Positions 1 to 13,175 of a stretch of 64,000 nt of DNA are shown piece by piece. The translations under genes were made by a program, and so were the position numbers. Numbering within the stretch: position 1 is the stretch's first letter; the number at the start of each line of letters is the position of its first letter. Below the pieces are notes generated by a model. The model was not told the DNA's origin. It ran no database searches and saw nothing but the letters and a program-made list of their open reading frames with translations. This DNA is from Antedon mediterranea. Taxonomy: Eukaryota > Animalia > Echinodermata. The stretch is from the NCBI RefSeq assembly GCF_964355755.1, contig NC_092676.1, positions 24,136,871 through 24,200,870 on the forward strand. The letters run 5' to 3'.

Positions 1-44
1 AATCAATGAAATAATAGCATTAATATATTTTTTAATGTTTTTAG

Positions 45-213
45 AGTAATCCCGATAGTAAACATCGAGGGAATCGAGAACCTACTTGCAGACCCATTTA
101 GCCAGAGAAGTCCTACAACATCTGAATCGCTATTACGCAAGACACCAAAAAAAAAGAAGTGACAAAACGCTATATTGTCACCTGTCTGAAGAGCAGTTTG
201 CACAAACACAGTG
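45..213 (+). CDS. Possible terminal exon of an upstream gene, unidentified
   Basis: An acceptor-like TGTTTTTAG at 44 is followed by GC-richer sequence with two short open frames. No motif was recognised. Confidence 0.2.
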
Positions 214-724
214 ACATTTTACCGCTAAAGACACCAATATCGGTCGAAAATACGGATACACAGATTTGACATTTACAAACGGATTTGACATTTACCAACG
301 GATTTGACATACCCCCAATATAACATCGATTAGTGGGGAAGAAAATGCTGATGAAGGCGTTTTATATGGATATGACAATTATCGGAGAAGAAGCGGACAT
401 TGAAGAGTTTATGATTAGAATCAAGGATTTAAATTAAATTTATAATGCAATATAACGTGTATCGAAACTTATAGTGCAATCATGTTTAAATTAATATATA
501 TTTTTATTGATGTAATCTGGCTAGCTGATAAAATGATATTTTACTATAATTATGACAATAAATAATGAATGAATGAAATAATATAAACTTTTGTAATAAT
601 ATATTTTATTGGATTTGAGTAAAATGAACATTTTATCTTAAAATAAACTTTACAGGAATTTATTTTACAATTCAACAACTGATAATAAACTATACATCTT
701 AAACAAATATGTACAACAAATTAA

Positions 725-1130
725 TGAATATTCACAAAATTATAAATGAATAATTCACAACACTATGAATATTCACAACACTATGAATATTCACAACACT
801 ATGAATATTCCCAACACTATGAATATTCACAACACTATGAATATTCACAACACTATGAATATTCACAACACTATGAATATTCACAACACTATGAATATTC
901 ACAACACTATGAATATTCCCAACACTATGAATATTCCCAACACTATGAATATTCACAACACTATGAATATTCACAACACTATGAATATTCACAACACTAT
1001 GAATATTCACAACACTATGAATATTCACAACACTATGAATATTCACAACACTATGAATATTCACAACACTATGAATATTCACAACACTATGAATATTCAC
1101 AACACTATATTTAAAATGAATATTCAAAAC
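725..1130. repeat. 18-bp minisatellite, about 20 copies
   Basis: Unit ATGAATATTCACAACACT, nearly homogeneous, with an occasional A>C variant. Confidence 0.97.
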
Positions 1131-3671
1131 TTAATGAATTTTTATATGTCATTTAACAATTTGTTTTTACTAGTTTAATAAGAATTACTACATCGAATAA
1201 AGACATTTTGATTGTAATGATGGTGGGATTTAATATGGAGGCGGTACAAAATTTAATTTAAGATTTAAAGTATAGAACATACAATTCCAATGTAGTATAG
1301 ATTAGCAATTAATTAATAAACATCTTAATGTTGATAGCAAACAGTGGGTAAACCAATAAATACTGGGTTTATTGAAACAATGAAGGTAAGCAATTGAATT
1401 AATAATCTGAGGTACTGACCTACAGTATAGGCCTATACAGTACCATTTCTAAGAAATACTATTTATCAAGTATAGGAATAAACAAGATAATTAACATTAT
1501 CATGTTCAAATTAGACTGAAAGTACTGTCTGTGAGTGGGGCATGCCACCACCAACTAAGTACAAAATAAAGTCTTCAATTCTAAAATCAGACAAGACAAT
1601 ACAACTTTATCCCTTTAATAATGTTTACTGTTAGTTCTATGTACTAGTAAAATTCATACTATTAAAAAAGGCACAACTATTTAATATAACTTAATTTCAT
1701 AAAATAGATATACTCATCTTTAAACCATAACCAATCTGTTAAAATATATTAATTTGTTTAAAAATAATTAATCTGGTTTTAATACAATAACTGGCAACAT
1801 TAAACACTTACAATTAAACAAGTACATCCCTGAAATAAGTATTTAAAACATTTGTTCAAGAGTAGAAACAAGGTTGAAGATTTAAATTTAAGGCCAATAT
1901 ATCTCAATATATAAACATTTTTACAAAGGTGTTTTTTGTTTTTAACATTTCATTCCCATGACTTTATTTTGGCAGTTGCCCAGCTTTGACAACTTTAACA
2001 AAATAGACAAACTGCAACCTGGATCAGCCAATTAAGATGGTGTGAAGTTTGAAAAATGACAATTCAGAGGTAGATATAGAACACAGACACTAGGGGGTAT
2101 GTGGCCTGCTATCCATGACCCATTTCACTGGCTAAAGGCAGGGGCCCAGAGCTTAAGAAGCCCTAGAGCATGCAACTACCCAGTGTTGGAGGGCCCATTA
2201 GGAGTGCTAAACCAAGGGTCTTTGCCCTGTGTGTTACACCACTGATTTTCCCCTGCAATTAATCATAGGAAAGGTGATTGTTTTCTTTTTTACCACAGGC
2301 CGATCAAGTAGCCAATATAGCAATATGTACCAGTAAGCTACACTTGGTATTACTATGGGTGAGAGTTCGTTTACTACCCACTTCTAACCAATTAGTGGAA
2401 GCCACACTAATCCTTCCATTTACATTAGAAGTATAATATGTTATAAACATGTGTCAAAAAATACCTTAATAAATAAAACTATTTCAATTATTATATTTAA
2501 AATATCAATACTCATTCGCTCGGTCTCATCACAATTAGTTTTCAAAATTGCAATTAAGAACTTCTTAATTTTAAATTGCAAAAGTATAAAAATTAGCATG
2601 TTTATTATATAATTTTAATTTTTACCCATATGGTTCTTTTCAGGATCCCCTTTGAGAAGTGCTGGTAGACCTGACTGTGCCAATTAAAATCCCAAATTAA
2701 CACCTAAATGATATAATTATACACATGTGAATGGAATATACACTGCACAAACAAAATGGCAAAATTCATAAAATGGATTCACTATAAAGCATAAGGTGAA
2801 ATTAAGGATCACCTGGAAGGTAACAAACTTTTTAACTATATACAATATATAGGTAAATTTATTATTGCAACTTTCACAATACAATTTTAAATCCAACATG
2901 TTTACATTATATTGTACACACAAAAGCATATTGAGCCCAGCAGGGGGAGTATCAAAGCCACATTGAACAGCTATAGAATTGGCTTTCATAAACTACTTTC
3001 CTTCTTTGTATAAGAATAACATCTGCTTTGAATCTTAATGTGAGACAGAAGGTTATATTATAATTATTAATATCGTCAATCTAATATTGCACTAAATGTA
3101 CATCCTTCATTTCTGTATGATATTAATACAAGTCATTCTAAATCTAGGTTTGGAATCCGTACAGTGCATTTTTATGGCTCAATTGTAACACTTTGTATCT
3201 CAAATTCGGCGCTTATTATATTCGGAGCATTATTTAAACTATTATTTATTATGGATATATTTCAATATTTCAGTATGACATGTTATTTTAAAATGATATT
3301 TTATGTGTGTCAGGGGCCTACTGATAATCTTTCTAAGTACAGTTAGTATTACAGTTTTAATATCACTTCAAAATTCTATTTTTGTGCATAGACGGACTTG
3401 AATATCATTTGTAAATTATACAATTGGGCATGTATCAGCTGGGATCCTTATTCAAGTAAGTCCATTATTGTTCTGCCTCTTTATGGTGTATTTGCAATAA
3501 ATGTACTGTACTTAAATTCCAATCAAGAGTTGTTTTATTATCATCATCTATCTTTAGAAATATGTTATAAACTATTTACATACTAAAATTTAACTAAATA
3601 AAATAAATACTAATTGTACGTAGAACACAATATATTAAGTAACATTTTATACAGTTTTACATAAAAAATCT

Positions 3672-4035
3672 GAGACCCCCTCCTTTTTTCCTCTCAGAAA
3701 GCCCTCGCGCTCTCTCAGAAACCCCTCTTTCCCTCTCTTCCCCAGAAACCCTTCCCCTCTTGCAGAAACCCCTCCCTCATGAAACTCCTCCAGCTCTCTC
3801 AGAAACCCTTCCCCCACTCTCTCCAAAACCCCTCCCCCGCTCTCTATAAAATCCTTCCCTCTCTCTCTCTCTCAGAAACCCCTCTTTCCCTCTCTTCCCC
3901 AGAAACCCTACCCCTCTTGCAGAAACCCCTCCCTCATGAAACTCCTCCAGCTCTCTCAGAAACCCTTCCCCCACTCTCTCCGAAACCCCTCCCCCGCTCT
4001 CTATAAAATCCTTCCCTCTCTCTTTCTCAGAAATC
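3672..4035. repeat. Pyrimidine-rich hierarchical tandem repeat
   Basis: Subunits of about 20-25 bp (CAGAAACCC plus a C/T tract) arranged in a unit of about 157 bp that occurs twice. Confidence 0.9.
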
Positions 4036-5330
4036 TCCGAGTACAATAACAATGTTCATTGTATCAACTATTGTTGAATAAAACTTTTGTAAAACATCAT
4101 TTAAAGAAACATTCTATTAAAACTTGCTTTAAAATCTGCTTTCAAACGCAGTGTATTAACAATGAGAAGCACCATTTGAAACTTATAATATAGCAACCAT
4201 GTCAACAATATATATATATATATAGAACAGGTATTAACACAATACCTTTCTCCGAGCCTTTTTTCCAGTACAAACACTGCAAAAAATGTTATAAATTATA
4301 CATTTATTGCTACTATTATACATACAAAACATAAAAGCCATTATGAATTATATAATAGCATGTCTGGTAACCAACGACAGTTCAAGGTGTGAGTTCATCC
4401 TCTTTAAAATTGTCTTTTTCTTACTGTTTGTTTAAGAGTGAATTTGACAGATTGCATGATTGTTGGCTCACAGCTTATACAAGTTTGACCGGGTCACACT
4501 TAAAACCTTTACAAAGGGTCTTTGTAGAAGGGAGTATGACCTGGTCTATATTTCTATTCTTGTTAAGCATATTAGATAGTTAAATAAAATCATTATGAAT
4601 GTTTTCAGGTTTTGGAGCTTGAAGTATATTATACTGTCTAAATAGTTTCTATGTTTTGTATGCTTTAGAGTATAAAAATTTACCTTTTAAAAACATTTAA
4701 AATCTTTTATAGGAAGTTAAAACATTGGAAGATTTATAATACCATTTTTATCAAGTTTCACCTTTATCAAATTTGATTAAAGATTAAAAAAATATGTAAT
4801 TGAGCTTCTTTTTAAAACAAACCGTTTAAAAGTTTAACAATTTCAACAATTAAATTGAAAGTTACTTTATTTTTTTCTGAAAAACACACTTTGATAGCTT
4901 GTAGAGTTTAAGTTGAATTACCTACTTAAAATGTGTAAGAATTGAGTTGTAGGAAAAACAATATCTGAAAGATAAAATGTATGACGATAATTATGAAAGA
5001 ATTTTACTGTATTCATATTTAAACATTAAATTAATCATTCCAACTCCTTTCAAGTGTTTGTTAGCAATTAAAAATATTGTCATCAATCATGAACTGTGTA
5101 TCTATAACAAAATGTTTTTTTAAACATAAAGCTCTGTCTACACGAAACATTATGTGACAGAAATATGTGCCCATATATGGACATGATGACGTCAAAATAG
5201 TTAGATAGTGTAGACAGGGCTTAAAACACTTCATATTCTAGTAGTACTTTATTCCACTCTACTGCTTTCTGTTTAGTATAGTACCATTGCATAAATTAAG
5301 TATATATTTTAATCTGTAGTAGCATACCTT

Positions 5331-7193
5331 TTATACAAACACACCCTCAGGTTCATCTTGGCTAATACTTAGTTCACGAGGACTTCCTTTGAGTCTTCTC
5401 AGAACTCCTCCTCTAAACACTAGAAAGAAATATAATTAATAAGACAAATAATTTACCATATTTTTCCTTTGTTAATAGAATTGAGAAAGTCTTGTACCTT
5501 GAAGTTGCTAACAAGACTATGATGTCATGATGTAGATTAACATCAATAACAAGAAAGTAAGTAACATTTACTGTTTTATTTGCTGTGACTATGTCAAGGG
5601 TTGGGTCACTGACAGATTTATATCACAATATTACACAAATGAAAAGTGGTGTTGTAAGTCTATGAGTGCTAGCTTACCTGGATAAACCGACATTGGCCCA
5701 TTCTCTCCAAGAAGAGACCCACAACTCGAATATATACACAATTTATGAAACACGCCTGTCAGAAAATGGCACACTCACTCCATGACTAACTTACTAATTT
5801 TATTTATAAACTACAGTACTGTATGGGATCCATTATTATGTTTGATGGTACAACTAAATACCAACAACATTCAAACAATATTACTACAGTAATTTGAAAT
5901 ACTCTTCTGGCTGTGTTTCTTAAGCTCTGTCTACGCTGTCAAACTGTGTGACACGGTGATATTTATATTACTACTGTACCATATTTGGGCACATCACACT
6001 TTTTTGTCAAACTAGTTTGATAGTGTAGACAGAGCTTAAGATTGATAATTGTGAAAAATGTGAAACTTACATTCTATTCGATTAGGTTTCGATTGTTTAA
6101 TTGGAATTGCTGCTGTTTCAACAATTGCCGCCTTCTTCTGTTCAACCTCTGCAGCTGCTTTCTGTTTTTCTAGTTCTTCTATCTCTTCTAACTCTTTCAG
6201 CAACTTTAATTCTTCCTCAAGTTTCCTTTGCATCTCAACTTCTATCATTTTCAAATTGTCTGATAGTTCTTCAAGTTCTTGTTCGTATTCCATGCTTTCA
6301 AATTCCTGTTCTTCCAATTCCTCTTGCAATTCTTTTTTCTCTTCAAGCATTTTTCTTTCATACTTTTCTTTCTTTCTATCGGTGATATCTTTTTCTACTT
6401 TTATTAATTTCATTAATCGCTTTAACTCTTGATTGTTTGCATTGATTTCTTTATCACAGTCGATAATTTGCGATTTAGTTTTATCTAATTCATCGATAAG
6501 TTCCTCTTTTTCGGCTTCTTCCATTTCCAGTTCGTCTTCCCAGAATTCTTCCTCCTCTAAACGAGATTCATTCTTTATCAAAGTCTGCTCATAGAGCATG
6601 ATTTGATCTTCAATTTCTTCAATGGTTGCTGGATCCATTTCATACTGTAATAATTCTTCAATGTCAATATCAATATCTTCCATATCGTCATACTGTTCTT
6701 CTAAAATATTTTCCTGTTTTCTGACAAGATTCCAAAGTTCCTCGATGTCAAGAGCGGAAGCTTTGTGACTTGATGGAACAGTTTCTTTCTTACTCAACAC
6801 CTGAGTGTTCCATGAACCACTAAACGTATTTCCCCTTTTCACAGTTGTTTCTTTTGGTCGTGGTAAAAACTCCATCGACCGGTGTTTCTCGCAGAATCTC
6901 GTGGGTTTTCCTTCGTAAGTTTTGTTCTCGTTTAATTGATCAACATCCCCAGTCCGTTTCATTATAAACCGATTGCTCCCACGACTCCATCGCGACATAA
7001 TCCTTAGCGGACTTTCGTGCGGTTCCAACAGACGTTCATGACTTGGTGATTTTTCAGCAAGTGCATATCGTCCAGTTTGTCGCTTAAATTGCGCAAGTGC
7101 AATGATCACTTCCTGACACGTTGTTTTGTCGTTGATTCCAGAGACAATTCTCTGTAAACCGTCGACCCAGACCCTCAACTCTCCCATTTTCAT
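5331..7193 (-). CDS. RASSF8: Ras association domain-containing protein 8/7 (N-terminal RASSF), 2 coding exons, ~403 aa
   Basis: Exons are 7193-6071 (donor GAAT|GTAAGT, phase 1) and 5419-5331 (acceptor TTTCTTTCTAG, stop TAA). The RA domain starts ELRVWVDGLQRIVSGINDKTTCQEVIIALAQ...TGRY. An acidic coiled coil contains EEEEFWEDELEME. The spliced C-terminus is FRGGVLRRLKGSPRELSISQDEPEGVFV*, similar to the RASSF8 PEGIYV end as recalled. Confidence 0.93.
5923..6036. mobile_element. MITE family A copy in last RASSF8 intron
   Basis: Same TIRs and internal CATATTTGGGCACATCACAC. Confidence 0.85.
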
Positions 7194-7416
7194 AAATTTC
7201 CTGGCAATTTGAAGATAAACGATTCAAGTACCAATTGCATCTTTAAACAATTTCACTTTATATTTTGAAACCAGAACCCATCTGCTATCACTTTACTTGT
7301 TTCAATTATCTTACAATAGAAGCTGTACAAATATGATAAATCAATCTATAGTATTATGCTTCCAATTTCATATCATAGATAATATTTTATTTCCTTGTTG
7401 TCATGTTCCAGTTCAT
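7194..7416 (-). other. 5' UTR part of RASSF8 coding exon, with short uORF
   Basis: Minus-strand acceptor CTTTTTCATTACAG at 7417, followed directly by ATG AAC TGG AAC ATG ACA ACA AGG AAA TAA. Confidence 0.55.
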
Positions 7417-10012
7417 CTGTAATGAAAAAGGGAAATAATTAAAACTTTGCATATCATCAAACATGTGATAGATCTAAACAAGGTCTTTTTAAATGGCCGT
7501 CGTGTTCAAACGCTAAGCATGCATAGAATGGCTTAAATTAAGCTGATCCTAATCATATAAGAGTGAATCTGATTTAAAGTGTTTGTGTGATTGGTTATTA
7601 TCACTTAAATACTTTTTTCCGTTAACTCTGTAACCCCAAATTACCTCTGACAACTTTCAGATGTATATTCAATGTAACGTTCTATGTTTAAACGCAGAAT
7701 TGAAGCACTATATTTAACTCCGATAGGGAAAAGAGCATTTAAACAAAGCTACTGATGATGTACTGTAACATGTAAAATTTACCTCAAGACAGTGGAGGGT
7801 GTTATTTATGCACAGACTTCAGAAAATATTGAGCATGTAGTTCAAGAATTATTTATTAAATACAGTACTATAACCTATTAAAAATGATACCTAATACCTT
7901 TGTATTAAGGCAAATATTGGCATGACTGCTGTGTTTACTGAAAATTTAAATACCATAATTAGCATGATTCGCCAATGCTGCATTACCTCAAGGCAAATAA
8001 TTCATTTTCAAAATAGGTCACAACCTAAATTTGGGTATAATGGGTAAGACTAGTAGCAGTTCAATATTTGTTTAAAATATCACATACCATATAATTGCTT
8101 GCTTTATTTTAATTAGGTCAAAACATGACTTCAAAGCTTTTGAGTGTATTAATATATATTGTCAAGAGACTTTTGTTTCAACAGTAGGCAGTTAGTAGTC
8201 TCATCATATCCTGTTGTAGGATTATACCTTTGAATTTTATGATATACAGTTGCATGCATGTTGAAAGGGTACATTTTGGTGAAATGTTAGATTTGGTATT
8301 TGCAGTTATTATCTCGTTTTAGCAGGCGCGGATTTAGGCGGGCTAAACAGGCTTTAACAATTTATTTAACCATGTCTTTTTAAAATGACTATTTTTATTT
8401 TTCCTCAACCCGACGCCTCTGTTTAGTGTTTGTTTTTACATAGCTACACCAGTGGGCATTTTTTAACTAGTTACAGCTAAGTATACTCTAAGGTACTGTA
8501 TGACGTGTGCCAAAATATGTCTTTAATGAATATATAACCAAATCACCATCTAACTTAACCTACAGTAGACTGGTGAAATGTGTGTATATATTGTTAAATT
8601 CCATTAAAGAAATGCACTGATTTTCTAAACTATTGTATTGTACAAAGGTTATAATATTTCCTTATTATTTTCCCAAACCCATAGAATTGTAGTAGCACTG
8701 GTAATTGGTACAATATACCCGACCCACTTCTATCTCTCTATACATAAAGGTCATTTGACTGTTTTAATAATGTAATTACATAAGGGTCATAAGCTTTTTA
8801 TCATATTGACATAACAATGTAAACCAATTAATGTGTGCAACAAATGTGATTTCATATCCATACTTAGAAATGGTAAATGTAATTGTAATATCTTTCATTG
8901 TGATGATCCTGGTTTTTATGTTTTATAAAATTAAGTAAAACTTCATCAATACAGCATTATTTGTACACTGTATTGTTGTACCCATTACTTATCGGAGGGA
9001 GGAGCGCATGCATCTAGTGATACCCACCTCCACCTGAGTATGGTACTGTATACTATAGTGCTATAGCAAGAAAAGGGGATGTCTTGATACTGTTTTCGAG
9101 TAACAAAATTGGGCCCCTTAAATACCACTTTTCTTTTTATCGATACCCTAGGGAGTCAATCCAATGATATACACATCATTCAATGACTGATGACAGCTGT
9201 ATGAGGTACACAGTCTGTGGGGAATTCTGCATCATTAACCAATCCAAACCTGAAGGTTATATAGTTCTTATGATGTACTGTACTAGGTGGTATCAGTATT
9301 GTATTTCTTCCATGGAGACAATTCCCAATTCTCCTATATTTTACTAATGCACTGTCAATTCTAACCAAAACAAACCTGAACTATAAGGCAAAACATTACT
9401 GATGCGGCTTTTTTAAAGGGATTCTTCCAATGTTTTCCTTGTCCATCAAATTCATCAGTCATCAATGGTTCCTCTGTTCGCCCCATAGACTACAAACCCT
9501 TTAAAAGGGTGTTAAAAGGCTGACTGCCAACATTTTCTGTTAGAATCTATTTTCAATCTATTCGTTTTAATCTACTGTACTATGGCAAAATATTTTAGGC
9601 AATTAAATAATGTTATATTCATATATTATACTGTAGTCACAAAAGCTGTCATAATTTTAGTATATTTGCTCTATGGAGTGAGTGGTTGCTTTACGTTTCT
9701 TGGGATTAAGAGGCAAGTCTCTAGTACAAAATGTAGATCAACAACCTACATAGGTGAAATCTCTATTTAACTTTCGCATGTGTAGGTTAGCTCTGAAAAT
9801 AGACTGAAACCAGGACAATAGCACCAAGATAAATATTACTCAAAGGAAATTGCGTTGATTTCAAAGGAAAGAAATTGTTACTTTTGTTTACATTTCTTGT
9901 ACTTTTAAACGATACTACCAGGGGTAATAAAATTAACATCCTGTTGATGTCAACGTACGGCAGTACCAGTACCGGCTGTTTAATATGTAGAAAGTTGATG
10001 ACCAAATATTAA

Positions 10013-10638
10013 AGACCCCTTCCCTGCAATTTTGGACGTTTTTTGGAAAATAATACATATATATCACTTTAAAAACATTAAACCATGTCATTCCTTGTCT
10101 TAAATGTACGTTTTATGGTAAATTATGATAAAAAGTGAGAAACAATGCACTACCTAAGTAGCTCGCGGCGATCGACCTCTCGTGGACGGTCTTAGGCCTA
10201 GCCTGGCTAGGCTTAGTTTTGTAGGCCTAGCTGGTAAACATCGGTAACGTGCGAACATCGTACGCTAGCTATATACCTAGCCTGACGTTGTATAGTTGCT
10301 GCATTAATTGTCTTTCTATTTTTGCCAGACTCCGTTGATACAAATTGGGGAAAACCCGGTATTTTCGCTGAAAAGTTAGGAGTCTTCCATTTGTTTTGGC
10401 CTCACGATCGATCGAAAAGTGGGCGAATTACAGGTGAAAAACAAAAATATCAATCCGCGCGCAATGCATTTTGGGATTTATAGCGGGCCGCTATAATTAT
10501 TAAAATCGACTTATTTTTCACATTTTTAACCGTTTAAAGACGAAAAAAGTTATCGGAATAGGACCATATAGTATTATTTTTACATTAAATATAGTTTGTG
10601 ATCTTAAATTACATCTAAAAAACGTAGGGAATGGGGCT
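10013..10638. mobile_element. Non-autonomous TTAA-target DNA transposon (Kolobok-like), copy 1
   Basis: TTAA|AGACCCCTTCCCT...AGGGAATGGGGCT|TTAA: imperfect TIRs, TTAA duplication, purine start. Confidence 0.85.
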
Positions 10639-12869
10639 TTAAGTGTGAAATGTCATGTAGATAGTATATGGATGTAGTCTAAGGTACAGTACAGTGAAGT
10701 CTATAATACAGTACAGTATAATATGTATGACGTCGATTCCATATCAAATATCTTTGATTGTTACTGTAGTGTAAGCACTATGTTAAAAGAGCTTGGGCAC
10801 ACAGATGTATTGTTCTAGGCGAGTAATGTTCATATCAATCAAACTAAATGATTGATATCTATCTCACTAAATGATTGATATCTATCTCATTATAGTGTTA
10901 GGTCTACATTGTTGTTGCCCAATTCATTTTTTATTGTACAGTTCCTACCTATTCTATATGTTTATTTCTTGTAATTTTGTATTTTTAGGTGTCAGTTCAA
11001 TGGTATTGTAGTTACTGTAGTTGAATTGTTTTGACATGTTGACCTACGTCGACTTTTTATTGTAATTGTTATTTTCTATATCATGTTTTTTTTTTGTATA
11101 TTTCTCGTGGATGCACCTTCCATTTGGTCGAGTGCCACTGTTGTAAAAGTGTAATCTCCAAATAAATTATTATTATTATAGTCTATGGTAAAGTAAAACC
11201 ATGGTACAGTAGTCTAACCTTGGAAGTATAAATTAGAATTTTATATATATCATTTCGGTAAAAAAGATTCAAATATTTTAGCGTGCATGTCATACTTAAC
11301 CCACAGTATTAAACTTGAGCGGAATTGTATGTTTACTCCAAAAAAAATCATCGGAATACTAACAATGTAAAAAGACAATAACTCTAGAGGCTACAGTATC
11401 ATGTTGTTTGCCTACGTCACTAAGTACAGTATCAGTGTCTGCCTACACAAATATAGATAATACTGCTAATTTTTAATATAAAAGACATATTGTCTTCTAC
11501 TTACTAAGAGACTAATTAGCCATTATTTAATTAATTTACCCTATTCAAATCACTGTTGCTAGACAATGTTATTATTTGTAGGAAGTACAATTTGCATGAC
11601 TTCAATTGGTGACAGATTTCTCTAATTTTAGATTTAAATAGCTTACATCATGTGGATTGGAAAATACGAGTAAAGTTCAACATACAGTTTCACAATGATG
11701 TCAATTTACCGACTTTCAGTCTATGGCAACAAGGTTTTGTAGTTTATATTGAAACATTATCAGAACTAGATCAAACATAAATTAGGCTGAAATCTATAGC
11801 TCTAGTCTAAGCAGAAAAATTATGAATTTAGTTACTGAAATAACTGGCATTTAAATCACAATTATTTCTGTTTGAAAGGTAGATATTAATTACAATACGG
11901 TACATATGAACAAAAATAAAAATTAACAAAATACATTTATACAAATTTAGGTTCAAAACAAACCTGAAGAATAAAGTCCAAAAAATGTTTCTTACAGTGT
12001 AACTGTAAATGAGGGAAAATCATAATAATGGTAGTCTATAGCACCTAATACAATGTTTCTAAGTGTTTTCACACAAAAATGATCCATTAAATATCCTGAA
12101 ATAACAAAAAAAAGAAAAGCAGAGGAGTCATTTACACCACTCCGTTCTCTAGCTCCCATATCAGAGCTCGCCGGAACAGTATTCACAGGAGCTCGAGTGA
12201 AAAAGGCATCTGTCTATCCTATGATGCTTTAACACAACTCCTAATCTGGGGACACCACTAAGGGGATCTCAAAGGTGTCCTATTAATAGAGGTTTTTCTG
12301 TATAAAAAAAGTGAATTATTCTCTTACCTACTGTACTGTATTATTAGTAGACCTACTGCTGCGTTGACTGTTTTATCTGCCACACCAAGAATTTAAATCC
12401 GACTAAATTATAGGTGTATGTGGCTTAACCGTTACTATAAACAATCACTCTACCTACCACCAGCTTCTGCTTTCAACACATTGCAAACTAAAGTGTGTAT
12501 ACATGAAAGGATAAGCCTGATTTCCTGAGTTGCTTGTGCCAGATTCATTCAAACTATTTTATCTATTCTTTCCCTGTCTTTGTATCTAAATCTACTCAAG
12601 CTATTTCACACTCACTGAAGCACCTCAATGCATTCTTGTACGCACTAAAGGGACCGGTTTTATTCTGTTTTACGGGTCAAAAATTGTACAAACTTGTGTG
12701 TGAATAATAGGCTTCTGGTTCTTGCTGTGCAGAACAACAGAAGGGAACAATAGAATAATACAATAGCGTATAAAAGAAAACAGTGTTGTGTGAGTCTATA
12801 CTGAAATTATTTGTAGGTCAAAATAAAACACTCTAAAATTCTTTTTAAAAAATGGGAAATTAGAAATTT

Positions 12870-13175
12870 CTTTTAGGGCAGCCAGCCTGCTTCCCTATGG
12901 TGACCAGTATTTAGGCAAGCCTAATAAAGATTAAACTGTCAGAAACTAGTATACAATTTGGGCAACCAGACAATTTGGGCAACCAGCCCGTTTCCCTATG
13001 CTGACACTATTTGGGCAAGCCCAAAATTAGGCTTTAAGAAACTAGATTTTGGCAACCTGACAATTTAGGCAGCCAGTCTCTTGCCCTATGGTGACACTGT
13101 AAGCCAACCAGCCTGTTGCCCAATGGGGATACTATTTTGGAAAGCCAAAAATTAAACTTTCAGATACCAGTTGGG
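12870..13175. repeat. Degenerate ~110-bp tandem repeat, about 3 copies
   Basis: Recurrent GGCAGCCAGCC..CCCTATGGTGACACTATTTGGGCAAGCC..AGAAACTAG. Confidence 0.7.

Noticed and set aside
45-162. KKKK-ending frame as a Ras C-terminus (suggested by synteny)
   Set aside because: There is no CaaX and no Ras similarity.
732-1178. Three repetitive ORFs (VVNIHS, YEYSQH, MNIHNT)
   Set aside because: They result from an 18-bp repeat with no stops in those frames. There is no splice or codon-level support.
3777-4052. ORFs on both strands in the pyrimidine tract
   Set aside because: Low-complexity repeat translations.
6036-6070. ORF-track C-terminus CKFHIFHNYQS of RASSF8
   Set aside because: It lies after a consensus GTAAGT donor. 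The conserved end is on exon 5419-5331.
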